Shown piece by piece: positions 51,069 through 64,000 of a DNA stretch of 64,000 bases. How positions within the stretch are numbered: the first letter of the stretch is position 1; every line of letters begins with the position of its first letter. Source of the stretch: Trichoplax adhaerens (Eukaryota; Animalia; Placozoa). The notes beneath the pieces were generated by a model that saw nothing but the letters and a program-made list of their open reading frames with translations, did not search any database and was not told the origin of the DNA. The translations under genes were made by a program, and so were the position numbers. Location of the stretch: positions 3,057,454 through 3,121,453 of the forward strand of contig NW_002060946.1 of NCBI RefSeq assembly GCF_000150275.1, given 5' to 3'.

Positions 51069-54000
51069 ATGGTTAAAGTAATACATCCGATTTTCATATT
51101 CCTATGCCTTATGACTGGTCCAAGATCGTTTTGTTACGGTCAGAAGAAATGCTTGTATCTGGCTGGATTATTTTCCGTTGAATCACCGGACTGGAGCGCT
51201 GGTGGACTCTTACCGGCTGTGCATATGGCAATGGATGATATTAATTTGCGTGATGATATCTTGCCAAATCATAATTTATGTTTGATATGGGCTGAGACTA
51301 AGGTTAGGTTATTTAAATGGCCATTTTAGTCAGATTTTCAAGATTAAAGCTCATATGACAACATTTGCATTCATTAGACCAAAAAAGTTTTGATGCTACT
51401 CGTATTCTCAATTTAGTAAGAGCAGTGCGATATTATTTGAATACTATCATTCTGTGTACTACTATCATACTCAGTTTTGGAATACTCCAAGAGCGATAAA
51501 GCTATATTACCAGAAGAATAAATGAATACATTGCAGCAACAACACTAACGGATACAGATCTAAAGACTGAAAGTTAAAATTTTGCACTTTTAAAACTACA
51601 TAACTAAGTTATAACTGTGACTTGATTATAATTATACCTACTTGACCAACGGATTGAGGAAAAAGAGCTGTCCGCGACAAATAAAATCACTAATAAATGC
51701 TAAGCTTGCAATACTTAGTACTAGGTACGTAAAAGTATCGGTCGAGTTATGATTAGAAACCGGTTATGCGCGATATTATTTGATTACTTTATAAGAATGA
51801 AGGATTAACGTTATTTGTAGCAAATGAAGCATGAATACTTTAAGAAAGTAAGAATTGGATATTTGATGCTGTATTTGCATGCATTTTCCTTCTAGCTTAC
51901 GTAAATTGATGACAGAAACAAGATTCTCTAAATCTACTCTCACATATATCATTTCATTTTTGACTTAATAAAAAAGGATAGTAAAGACTCAGTAATATAA
52001 TTTCTACCGTAATTTGTTGCTTTTCGTTTTAATTTGATGTAAAAGTGATTGCAAGAACCCGATGCATTACTATCTATGCTAATTCATATTTGTCCTTATC
52101 CTTCAAACTTGACCAGATGCCAAAAATATCTAGAATTCGTAACATTCCCTTCTATTTGTTATAATACTTTCATTTTCGGCTCAACATACGTAAATTATTA
52201 AGAGTTAAAATGCTTCAATTTTCGAGCTAATATTTATCTCATTGTCCTGCGGTGATATAACGTAATAGAAAGAATTTGCCACTTTTAACTACTATTTATT
52301 TTCTATTTTTTGCTTTTATCTTGCTAGACATGAATTGGTAGCAAGTTTGATATCATGTTTTTGAATATTTTCATGATTTTATGCTAGCTTACTGTAAAAT
52401 GGTTTCCTTTTTAAAATATAGACTAACTACAGTAACGTTCCTGATAAATGAACAAGCGTAAATTTATAACATAGATATTGCGATTGTCAACTTTAGCATT
52501 ATAAAAATGTAGATGTTGCCTATTTAATACCATAAAATTTAGTTTAGATTGAAAATATACTACAATACTGGCTAAGCTTTGTGACTTGATAAGCATAAAA
52601 GGTGATTATAGGAACTTATCATTTAATTTTGTTCCCCATTCTTTCATGATATGAAGTGATCGCCTTCGTTTGATTTCGTTTACAGTCAGTATAGTTTATC
52701 ATTATTTCTTATTAATTGACACTAATGGATGCTTTCCGAAATTAAAAAAGATTACTTTTACTTCTTATTTATTGTTGGGGCAATCAAAACTAAAGCTGAA
52801 GTGTTGAAAATCTAATCTTCACACCGATTCCATTTACAATAAAAAATTTGTACGAATTATTTTTCTGATCGATTCTTTCACAAAAATGATAGTTTGTATC
52901 TTGCATAGATCTTTATAAGCTGTAACAACTATACTGAATACAAGTATCATCAATATTAGCTCTAACTACGATAATTATTTACCCATAAATGGATAAATTT
53001 GGCCTTAAGATATTTTCTTTATCCAGTTAGCTTCATCTGTATGTGCAACGGTTTCAGACTTCGAATATCTATGCGTTGATAAAAGATTCAGTCGTAGTCG
53101 ATTTAATCAATCCAGAATAAGACACAATAATAATTAGTTAGACGGTATTCATAATATAGGCTCAAATTGTCAGATGTCACTTGGTACAAAAAATAATAAC
53201 TTATTTTGGCATCTGATTAGCTATGAATTGGTTTTAGTTACAACATAAAAAGATTACTTACCGATTTAACGAAGTAGTTTACCGTTCAGAATGATTTTAA
53301 GATTTATAAATTTTTAATTTATTGATCATATTTATAGCTAAAGAATCCTTTAGCTGACTGGTAGAAGTAAAAGTTTTAAATCGCATTTTCAAAATATATA
53401 AACCGTATTTCGATATTAATAGAACGTACGTACATGTGTCACAAACCAGCTTCGTGACGAACATAACGTAAAACAAATCTCTAAATTACTATAGTTTCCG
53501 GGATTCAGCATCCCTTAACTACCTCATAAGAATTTAGATGCCTTTGCTTCTACGATAATACAACTATAAAACTTTTCTTTTATTCAACTATCTGTCGAGC
53601 TTAAATGCTCTTCGGCAGCAGCTATCATGTATGAGTGATAACGGATATTATTAAACTATAGCTCCGGCATAAGATTGTGTCTAGTCTGAAGTAGTTTGAA
53701 ATAGATGTACGTATGTATCATTATTTCATTTTCTATAATTGAATTTCTTGCTTTAGCCGAGGGAATGCATAGAAAACAATATATGATTCTCATACGGAAA
53801 ATTTGGGAGATACTTGATTTAATAGTGCGCTGTACGTGCAGTCTATGTCCAATTTTGTTGCATATTGATATTTAAATTTACAGCACACAATAGATAAAAA
53901 TGAGACTCCTCGCAATTATTGCTCAAATTTATTAGTAGGTAGGTATCAAATCATTGCTTAGTTCAGTGTAACGGTATATTCGCTTGACTGGACGAGAGAT

Positions 54001-57000
54001 TTTCTGGTGTGATATAGTTTTACATGATATCCTAGGTGAAATATCTTCGATTTGGACTAAAGTTATCATTGATAGTATTAAGTTTAGGAGCGAAGCTATC
54101 ATATATTTAGGTGTAAAACTTATCCGCAATTGCGTTTAATAAGATTTCAAATCTAATGTCACTAACGTTCAATTAGCACTACACTGAATTGATATAATAT
54201 GATTTATATGTTATAATTAAGAATCAGTATTACAAATGAGGACTCCTTAGAAGTTCGGTAACGCGGTCTTACAGCCAGATATGCCTATTCTGGCTCATTA
54301 CCTGCGTAGGCATAAGTTGCTGATGATTTTCCTGTCATCAAGAAACAAGAAGCTAAGAGATCTACACAAGAAGCTATTCGCTTCTGGTTAAATTCAACTC
54401 TTAATATTTCAATTTTATCAAGTGTTTTAATGTAATTTATGCCTCTTGTAAGTACACGTAATCATACACTAATCTTTTAAGATAACACTAAAAATGGTGT
54501 CTTCTCTAAGGGTGTGTATAACAAAAATGTACTTACGGAAAGAAATCATTGCCGGACTATATTATAGCCTGTTAAGTTATCTAACTACAAATAAGATGCA
54601 CTATTCAAGTTTTTCAATATTATACTGCAGTACTTATATAGGGCCTGAAGCCAACAATTTATTAACGCTTTAGATAAATATTGAAAACAGGATATTCTAA
54701 TTCATAAAGTAAATTTTCATAGAGCAGGTAATATTAATTTTTGCAATATTATAGAAAACATCTCACGTATAATATACCGTACTACTTTAAGATACTAACA
54801 TTGTCATGGTATCTAGAGCATAATTTCATCCTTCAATGTGTAATCCTAATGATTGCTTAGTAAAGACATTTTTGGCATTCTAAGATCAACTACTATCATC
54901 AAAGAGTAATCCTCTCTAAAACAGAAAATACTCAGGTTAGAGTATTGCATGCCGTGAATCTTAAACTTTGACTTACGTTTCTTATTTTGGACAGTATTTA
55001 CGGACTTTAATCGGTTGTGAGTTGCCACGCTATAACATATTCAATATCGACCTGGCAAAAGTCATGTCAGGAATAATCTTTAACCTTAAAATTTATTAAA
55101 ATTCTTTTTTTGGCTTATGCGTTTAGGACTCACGAGTATTATTGAGACATTTTTGGGCGATCTAATGTAGAAACTTTCAATTATAAATTTTTTCTTTTCT
55201 GACTGTAGTTTTGTATCAATAGATTGTAGAATATTAGACCATTCTTATTTAATATATTTAATTAGTAGAGAACGCTAACAGAATAGATTTTAATACTCCG
55301 GATAGATTGATTACACAAAGTTAAAATTTTCAGATATATGATACATCAATTTATTGATGTCGTTGAATTTAAAGCTTGACAACAGTTAACAGTTGATATG
55401 CTTTGCTTTCGTAACGATAAGACGCACACTACTTATAATTATATGACCCTTTCTTCATAGGCTACGCTAAGCCAACAAAATGAATCTATTTAGAAGTTAT
55501 ATTAGATCGATAACTGAATAAGTTTGACAACTATTTTCAATAATTGCTGTAATTACCAGTAATCGTCACAAGATTTTAATTGCTTATTAGCTCGAATATT
55601 TTCGTTTTATTCGTTGCAAAGATATCTTAATCATCGATTGTTCCACAACATACTGCAACTTTCCGATATTGTTTGCTGGATTATTAATTCTAGGGACAAA
55701 CAGCATTAGGTGTTCGCAATTTTATCCGACTACTAGACGAACCACCTACCAAAATTGCTCTTTTAGGTAGCAGTTATTCAACAGTAACAGCAGTAATTGC
55801 AGAATTGTCACCATTCTACAATATGCTACAAGTAAGTTTGATCGTTTTTCCTTTACTTTCAATTTTGAATTTCTACTTATATTTACTGGGTCCGTATATA
55901 TGACATGCGTAGGTCTATTTTTAAGTGCAGATCTCTATATTATATTTCTTATCTCAATTCTTGCTTTACGCAACCGAAAATACTTGCATAATTTTACGTC
56001 TTAGATTTCATTTTCAAGTGAAAGCTCTTTTTTGGCCAATCGGAAAAGTTTTCCGTTACTATTTCGAACAGCTTATTCGTATTCAAAATATGGAGAAGCC
56101 TACGTAGCTTTACTGAATCATTTTAATTGGACTAGAGTTGCAGTTATTGGTCGTAATTCCTATACAAATTATCAGGTGTGATATAAGCCATTACAAAAGT
56201 TTTAATAGCCGTAATGATTTTAATATCATCTAATACGAATAATATTTCAAGAATTCAATAAAATAAGAAATTCACCTTATAATGCTTTATTTTCTTCATT
56301 CTTAAACCTGCATTAGAAGTACTGTTAATTTATAATGCCTTTTCTGCATATTGGTATTGTAAATAATCCCTATACAATACGTAATTAATCGGAAATTGAA
56401 AGAATTAATATAATATATATATATATATGTTTCCCTTTGTCCGGTTACAGGATATTTATCGTGTTAGCAGTGCTATTCGAAAAAGTGGGATAGAAGTTAA
56501 AGCAATTGAACTTTTTCTTGCTGAAACTCCTGTTTTTGAACGATTAAAGAGGATCAAGGTACTAAAAATTTCCAGTATCTTTATACTGTATCGGATTAGT
56601 GCTAGTACAGTAATTAAAGCTGTCATCAGAAGAAAGTTAAAATGAACAAAGAATTTCTATGCTTTGATTTAATATTAATACAGGCAAGAATAGTGATTAT
56701 AGATTATGAAATTATTAATAACTGTAAATACCATGATTAAAAATATAATATTAAGTTAAGTTGAGTTGTTTTTTTTATATTTACACCTTAATAATAGGAT
56801 CTAGATGTTAGAATTATAATTGTTATTTCGCTGGAAAAAGATATGTTGGGATTGGCTTGTGCTGTAAGATAAAATTATTGCTTCTTTAATTCAATCTAAA
56901 CTATAATAATCTTATTTTTGTTATCCACATAATTAGTGATATCTTACTAAGCTTGTTATTAGCTATCCACAATATTTAACTCTTGACTATTAATATTTTA

Positions 57001-60000
57001 AGTACTTAAGATGATAAACTAGATGATCGAACCATATTCAGAGGTCTGTGTAATTAGAGTTACAGATCCTGTTGAATTCAATATTAGAGAACCTAAATAT
57101 TCGTTTTGAATCTATTATTAGGAATCTCAGTGGTATATGATGATAGATTAAAGCATTTAAACTCTGTCTCAGCGGTCTATAGAGCCAGTAAAGCATATTT
57201 CAACCATTTGATTAATAGCTAGTGCTGATATTAAAACCTATCTGTTAGTAACTTAGGAATTTAAAAAGGTCGATTAAACTCCGAAACCATTACTTAACAG
57301 CTCATGGAATCTGTTATACGGATTTTATCCAATTTATTTTTTGATCATAATAGTACTTTAGTGATATTATTATTTTGGCTACATTTATAGATAGTTTGTG
57401 CACTCAAGATATTAAATTAATTACTAAATTCTATACTTATTAATTGAAGTCGTCTCACCGATAATTTTCAACTTGACATAGAGTAACGGATGTTGCAAAG
57501 ATGAATTTTACGGATAAAATTTGCTATAACACTTAATATCAGATACAATCTACTGTGGCACATTAGTACATCAAGATCTTGCGGCAAGTTATCATAAGAA
57601 AGGAGATAAAATACGTATATCCTTCGATGAAAGACTTTATCAATTTCTTAATCAGTTTAGAGTTCTTTAAATAAGCTGTTAAGGGGAAGCTTGGTTGACA
57701 AATTCAATATAGAGCGTTTTGCATTTTTAATTATGAGGCTGAGACTATTATTTCAACAGATTATGGGTATAATTGATTCAAGGGAGGACAATTCCAATAA
57801 TTTACTTGATAACTATTTCTCGTTGCCTTCTTACTCACTTATTTCATGTTTGTATCCTTGTGTTATACATTGCTAAATGAAATAAATTAACGGCTACCAT
57901 TATTGTGTAGGCTTATAAATTGGAAATGTATGGAAAGAAATATGTTTGGATTATTCCACATTGGTATGAAAAGAAATTTTGGGATAAGATTTCACAAACA
58001 TCGAAATGCCTGCCAGAACACATCTACGCTGTTATTAATCATGCTCTGAGCATTAGCGTCCTTTACATGAACTATGAATATATAGAAACCATAACCGGCA
58101 TGGTATTTAATGCTAGATACGCGTTATTAAATTATACAACTAGATGTTCATAAACTGAAAATTTCATGTTACAATATCAAAAATTTAAATTTAAATTTCT
58201 ACGTATTGTTAGACACCTAAGGAACAAGAACGGCGCTACCTTAATAGACCGTTAATCGCTAATAAAACTTATTCACCAAATGGCTACTGGCCATTTGCAT
58301 ACGATGCCGTATGGTCCATAGCATTGGCGCTTAATAATTCCAGAAATCAACTTGAAAGTTTAAATAAAACTTTTGAAGACTTTAATTATCAGCAAAGCGA
58401 GATGAGAAAGATATTTTATCAAAACATGGAATCAGTTCAATTCCTGGGAATTTCGGTAGATTTCTTTTAAATTATAACGTTAATCTAGTATAATATACAA
58501 TTATTCGAATCAATGAAATTTTAGCAAATACTATAAATGAATTAGGACTGCAATAGATGTTTGTTAAAAATTACAGTTATAATATTGCCAATAAAATATA
58601 CTATACAGTTTCATTTATTAGAGCTTCTATAAATAGATGAATTTAGAATAAAACCTGCGCATTTATCGAAGCCTGGAATTCTAATATTACCAATGCAGCA
58701 TAATCTAGATTAAATTCGACGTATTGAAATTTTGATAGACACAATCATAGAGAAATGCCATAATAGTCGTTAAATCTCCAAATTTACAATATTATCTATG
58801 TAATACAATAAGAAATTAGTTTGACTCATTAAAGTTTCATTAGGCACATGAATTGGAGCTGTAATAGAAAATCTTCCGAAGTTTAATTGTGATGTTACTT
58901 AGACGATACATCACGAAATATGTTAGATCCATTGATGTTTTGATAAATAAATAAGATTAAAACTATAATAGAACATTTCTGGAACCATAAATAGCAATAT
59001 TTCGTACCTAATCTCTTACATTCATAGTAGTCAACCTGTGTTGTACTAAGTTTGGTGTTAGCAATTTCATCTCCAGGTTTATTGGAACTATTTGATATTT
59101 TCTCTACAGAACAATGTCTCGTTCGATTATAATGGGGATGTTGATGCGAATATCTTCGATGTCCGTCAATATCAAGGTAGAAACTTCGATGCTGCTAGTA
59201 TAAGTTTCAATATTATTATGACTTTGACGATTAATGGTTAATAAAGTGACTGTAGCCTCATGAATAGTATCTAGCAGTAAGATATCGACTACAGATTAGT
59301 TTATTTTTTTCTACTGTTTGTGAGGAAAATTAGTAAGATTTTAAAATCTTACGAAAATATTGTAGAGCTAATTCTGCTATTCTAGGCTTTGAACTGATAA
59401 GAATTTTCGGATTGCTTCCATACGGAAGTTTATGAATAATCTTAATTTCTGTATTTACAACAATTTGTTCTGACTTTAATAACTTGATTGTTGCTTACTT
59501 TTAAGACCGCAGCTAAAATTGCTCATTAGAATAAATAAATATTGTTACCAATATAGATGAAAATTTACGAATAAACTGTTAAAATAAGATTTGCTAGTTA
59601 ATATTTCCGATTCCAGTTTTCAGTATTTCATGAAGAAATTGGGAATTACTACTGACATTCCATCATTTCAATTGGGCTTCAGCTTGCTAATAGAGTAGCA
59701 AAGTAGCTACAATATTTCATTTAGAATACTGCAATTAATCTACTGAAGTTGACGAGTATTTATATGCTTAATTATATATATTTTCATTAAGTTACCATTC
59801 TTATTTCATTCACTTTTATACGATCAGGTTATGGTCAATAAATTGCAAAAGAACTCTATTTTTAATTAAGTTTGCACGTATTACAATTTCATTTAAAATT
59901 GTATCCTACATCGATACCTTTCGTAACCTATAATTAATTAATTCATATATAGCAGTAAGTTATAACCTCAGTCAGTCTTGTATGATATTCAATGCTTGCT

Positions 60001-62314
60001 TTCACTATGATGATATGGCTTTCTAACATTATCAATAAAAATTAATACTCTATACAGGAGATGATAAAGTCAAAATTGGAACTATTCGTCGTCGAAATAT
60101 TATTTTAGTTGCGGAAATGGAGACTAGTATTAAATGGATAGGTTAGAAGTAGCTCTTTATTGATAATGCTATTATAACTATAACTGCATTAGCTAAGAAA
60201 TTAAAAGCTAGGTAATATAGATAGTCTGTAAATATACGTATTGTAAATATTATTATCATCCATGGTAAATAAATGTCATCTATTAGCTCTGAGCTAAATT
60301 TTCAATTGTGATGTACAATTTACTTCTTGCACAGACCAAAAACCGCCACCATCTGCTGATATTATCGTGGATCGTATACAACCATTACAAACTATCATAC
60401 TCTATATTATGATTTTCCTGTGTAGCTTGGGCTATGCTATTACTTTTCTTTCTTTATCATTTATAGTCAAGCACTATCGCACTAGGTAAATTTGTTGTTT
60501 AAACATTTTTATCTTGCTTATTGAATTGATTAGGATAAGTAAATGAATTACCTCTACATCCCTTCATTAACATATTCAATTTGCACTGATAACTTTGAAT
60601 TTGGATGAAATTGTCCATCATATAGGACAATTGCGCTGATAGCAACAGATTGTGCGATTCTTTTTGGTAGCATTATTCTGTATACATCGGTTATACTTAT
60701 GGGATTAAATGATGAGCAGACTCGATCAGTTACTTGTATGGTAAGAGAATGTATTCCTAATAGAACTGACTATTACTCTATTGTATTCTTGACAGCAGAA
60801 TATTAAGTTGAAGCTTTTTTACTGTTACAGTTACTACCATGGCTGAATTGTTATGGATTTGCCTTAGTAGCTGGGTCCATCTTAATTAAATCCTTGATAG
60901 TATATCGTAATGTTACATCAAGATGGTTTACAAAGGTACAGTATAAAGTATTGAATATCAGTTTGGCAGGAAGCTTGTTAGAAACGATATGTATAATACT
61001 AAATAATATTAAAGTAATCTATCGTAGCCCATTTTACGGATATCTGACCTCATATAATATTAGTGCATACTCTTAGTTGATAGAAGATGTCATTAAATTA
61101 TTTTCAAATAGCCTTAAACTGATATTTTTTGTTTCTTTGATTTCTCATTTAGAACTCTTTTATTTGTGATAGCTTTGCACTTCTTAATGAGCCATTTTTA
61201 TCATAATTATGCCGTATAAGGATTACAAAACCATGAGTAGTCTTATCCTATTCAAAATAAGATTAAAACTATTATAAAAATCCAAATCAATTTAGGAAAT
61301 TGGCAATCTGCACGTTTTAGCAGGACTACTATCATTGCTATTGTTGGAATCTGCTTTTCTCATTAGCTGGACCTCTATTGATCCTCTTAAGTCTGTTAGA
61401 GTATCAATAACAAGTGTAAGTCTTGTAAATGAAATCAATTTGTGTTTTAAATATCATGAAATATTGAAGCTCTGTAAAAAAGCTATAACATTTTAAGTTA
61501 TTAAGCTTACAAAGGGCCCCTTTGATAATGTTTCTATCAGCATCCAATTTTTGAATCAGTATTTGCTAGTAATATAATAAAATAATTGTGAAATTAACAT
61601 ATTACTGATGCTATTATTTTAAATTAAGATATTAATAGACCCGCTATAATTTATTTTAAATTGTATTTGAACTACGGATTAATTAATATTAGGTAGAGCT
61701 TTTTAACTTATACCTGACACCGAATTAAATATCCTATTTAGAATTTAGAAGATGATGAAATAATTCCCTATGTAAAGTATAGACCGGTCGTTCTACTATG
61801 CAAGTGTCAGTTTGGCACATACTGGTTGATTGGCACAATCGGCCTGAATGGTATAGTATTACTATTTAGCGCCTTTATAGCTTATGAAGCCCGAGATGTT
61901 CGCCTTAATAATGAAATCGATGTCAGAAATATTTCTACTTGCATCTATAACACTATATTGCTTGGATTAATCGTTATACCTCTATCCTTTGTCATTGATC
62001 GGAAAAATAATGAGCTATACATGGTCATTGGCGGCTATGTCATTTTTTGTACAACTTTGTGCCAATTGATTCTCTTCTTATTAAAGGTATATTCAGTAGT
62101 GAAGCCTATATGACGTGATCTTTAATAAGAAATCGATATCGTATTTCTTTTAACTCTTTACAATTCCAGTCCTATCATTATATATTGATGCGTCCAACAA
62201 TTTTTGATCAAAATTTTAAGGTTATGATATCATCGATTATTTTTATAGGGAAGGAAATCAGACGATAAAATTCGTCCGTCCGTAGTGAAAAGAAATACTT
62301 CTGAAACAACATAG
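51069..62314 (+). CDS. GABA-B receptor-like class C GPCR (Venus flytrap + 7TM, no cysteine-rich domain), divergent
   Basis: Signal peptide + LPAVHMAMDDINLRDDILPNHNL; PTKIALLG; FPLLFRT; HFNWTRVAVI; DVRIII; AYKLEMYGKKYVWII; FAYDAVWSIALALN; FLGIS; the 7TM region with AYEARDV..CIYN..IFCTTL. The exons checked splice in frame. Stop at 62268 or 62314 depending on last-exon usage. Confidence 0.88.
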
Positions 62315-63741
62315 GAATTTATGAATAATACGATAATGTTATAGCTTGTATAGATCATAAGTAGAAAGATTCTACAGCAAATTAGTACCATTTCTTTATG
62401 TAGAAATACATCAAAGCTCACAGGCATATTATTATTGTCTAAGTCCTTCATGTTTTGAACAAATAAGATATTTCCAATTATGGGATTAGATTATCTATAG
62501 CCACTTATTTATTTATTACCCTCATTATCAATTCTGACATTTACTATAACTGGTTAAAATGATAAATAGTAGTTGATCTTTATGGCTTAGTCGAAATTTT
62601 CTGATAACAGCTTCTGCATACTTACAAGAATTATTTATAATTTTTAAAATAAGATCTTCATATTAGCCCAAAGCATTATGTCTTTAATTTTTTATTTACA
62701 ACATTTCATTTCATTTTTAAATGGATATTTGAATTACTTCAACTAAATAAATGCATAAGACTACAGCTAATAGAAAGACGTGTATACCAAATCTGGTAAT
62801 GTTACACTACTATCACTTAATAGGTTGCAATTGTTAAGCTTTTCGTAGTTAAAGATCGTACGATTTGATCGTACTTCATTTTTGTAATGTATTTCAATTT
62901 CAGTCAAGGATTTAGATGTAACCATTGCATCTATTGCCTATACGAGTTACCCCTTGAGATACGTTACTACCCTATAATCTCATGGAATTCACAACAAGCA
63001 CCATGGAATTACCAATAGCTTCTAATTCTTTAATTTGGTAAATTAATTATTTTGGGGTAGATATCTTTCAGATTGTGAGAAAAATAAAACTTCTTCTGCG
63101 TATAAACTTAAACTTGTAGTTTCATCCTTCCATTTGAAATTATTAATTGCTTTATAATTTATAAAATTAAACTTTGCAGTTCATACACAATTTTTTTGTT
63201 CGTAATCGAAGAATTAATACCACACTACATATAATTAAAATTGAGTTGGCAAGTTCGTATCCATTCATTAATTTCTTGATTTTTAGTTTTAATGGATCGT
63301 GATATTCATCCGTAGTTCCATCAAAATTTTATGGTTAAGCTTTAAATTCTGCTAGCTGTGAACTCTTACCATTCCAGCTATCACTTTGTAACATTCTACG
63401 CTATAACGATACAGTTAGAGATATTCATTACGAGTAGTAATATCTTAATTACTATTATCGAATCTATTTCATTGCTAAAACGTTATCAAAAGTCCATATC
63501 ATGTAGATTGACGCTGAATGAAAACTATTTCAATGTAATTTAATTAACTAATTGATTAATAAACCACCTTACTTGCTTTGTAGAGGATAAGACAGTTTTT
63601 CACTTATATTTCCTGCAGATACTTGATCTCATCATGAAAATAAATAAATATACACTATATTCCCCTTAGCAATACTACTTATAAAAACAAGACTGTAGGC
63701 TTCTCTAGTCATTTTTATAGCAAAATAAACCACCAGCTACT

Positions 63742-63861
63742 GTCTACGACCACATCACGCTGAACACACCCGTTCTCGTCTGATCACGGAAGTTAAGCGG
63801 CGTCGAGCAGGGTTAGTACTTAGATGGGTGACCGCTTGGGAATACCCTGTGCCGTAGACTT
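63742..63861 (+). rRNA. 5S rRNA gene
   Basis: GTCTACGACCAC...GATCACGGAAGTTAAGC (box A)...GGTTAGTACTTAGATGGGTGACCGCTTGGGAATACC (IE/box C)...GTAGACTT; about 120 nt with complementary ends GTCTAC/GTAGAC; TATA-like TTTATA about 25-30 nt upstream. Confidence 0.97.
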
Positions 63862-63868
63862 CTCAATC

Positions 63869-63873
63869 TTTTT
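63869..63873 (+). terminator. RNA polymerase III oligo-T terminator of the 5S gene
   Basis: TTTTT immediately downstream of the 5S gene, with a second T8 tract at about 63882-63889. Confidence 0.75.
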
Positions 63874-64000
63874 GCGATCTGTTTTTTTTAGCCGCAATAT
63901 CGATGAAGTGGAAACACTATTAAGCAAAAATTGTGCCCCATTTCCTGATTAAATTACCCCTGCACTGTTTGAGCACTTTATATCCATTTTATGGTCAGTA

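Noticed and set aside
54320-54346. CTGATGA...GAAA hammerhead-like core (CTGATGAG also at ~26606 and ~31614)
   Set aside because: Stems I, II and III do not close around the core in any of these.
63693-63705. CTGTAGGCTTCTC resembling a 5S 3' end just upstream of the 5S gene
   Set aside because: Only 13 nt of similarity; cannot be distinguished from chance.

Overview
AT-rich, gene-dense eukaryotic DNA with many short (about 60-300 nt) GT-AG introns. The gene content and style suggest an early-branching animal, probably a placozoan (inference). Splicing exons by hand recovers nine conserved genes, four of them (MRPL46, NICN1, PIERCE1, ZC3HC1) largely or wholly missed by the ORF track: MRPL46 (-), NICN1 (+), TBC1D25 (+, first exon not found), PIERCE1-like (-), ELAPOR1/2-like (-), ZC3HC1 (-) head-to-head with ZNRF1/2 (+), CCDC102-like (+) and a divergent GABA-B-type class C GPCR (+). 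A 5S rRNA gene lies at the right end. There are several tandem and fold-back repeats and a decayed element at about 7-10 kb. Most notable: (1) an unrecognised 3-exon, 42-aa ORF in a perfect Kozak context just upstream of MRPL46 that may form a dicistronic/uORF transcript; (2) dense TA-CWG-TA / TA-CSG-TA heptamers that look like Tc1/mariner excision footprints concentrated at promoters; (3) RFX X-boxes in front of both ciliary genes, triplicated in the case of NICN1; (4) a candidate 21-nt PIERCE1 microexon overlapped by a 12-bp inverted repeat; (5) several structured-RNA candidates. All gene calls come from recalled family motifs, not database searches.
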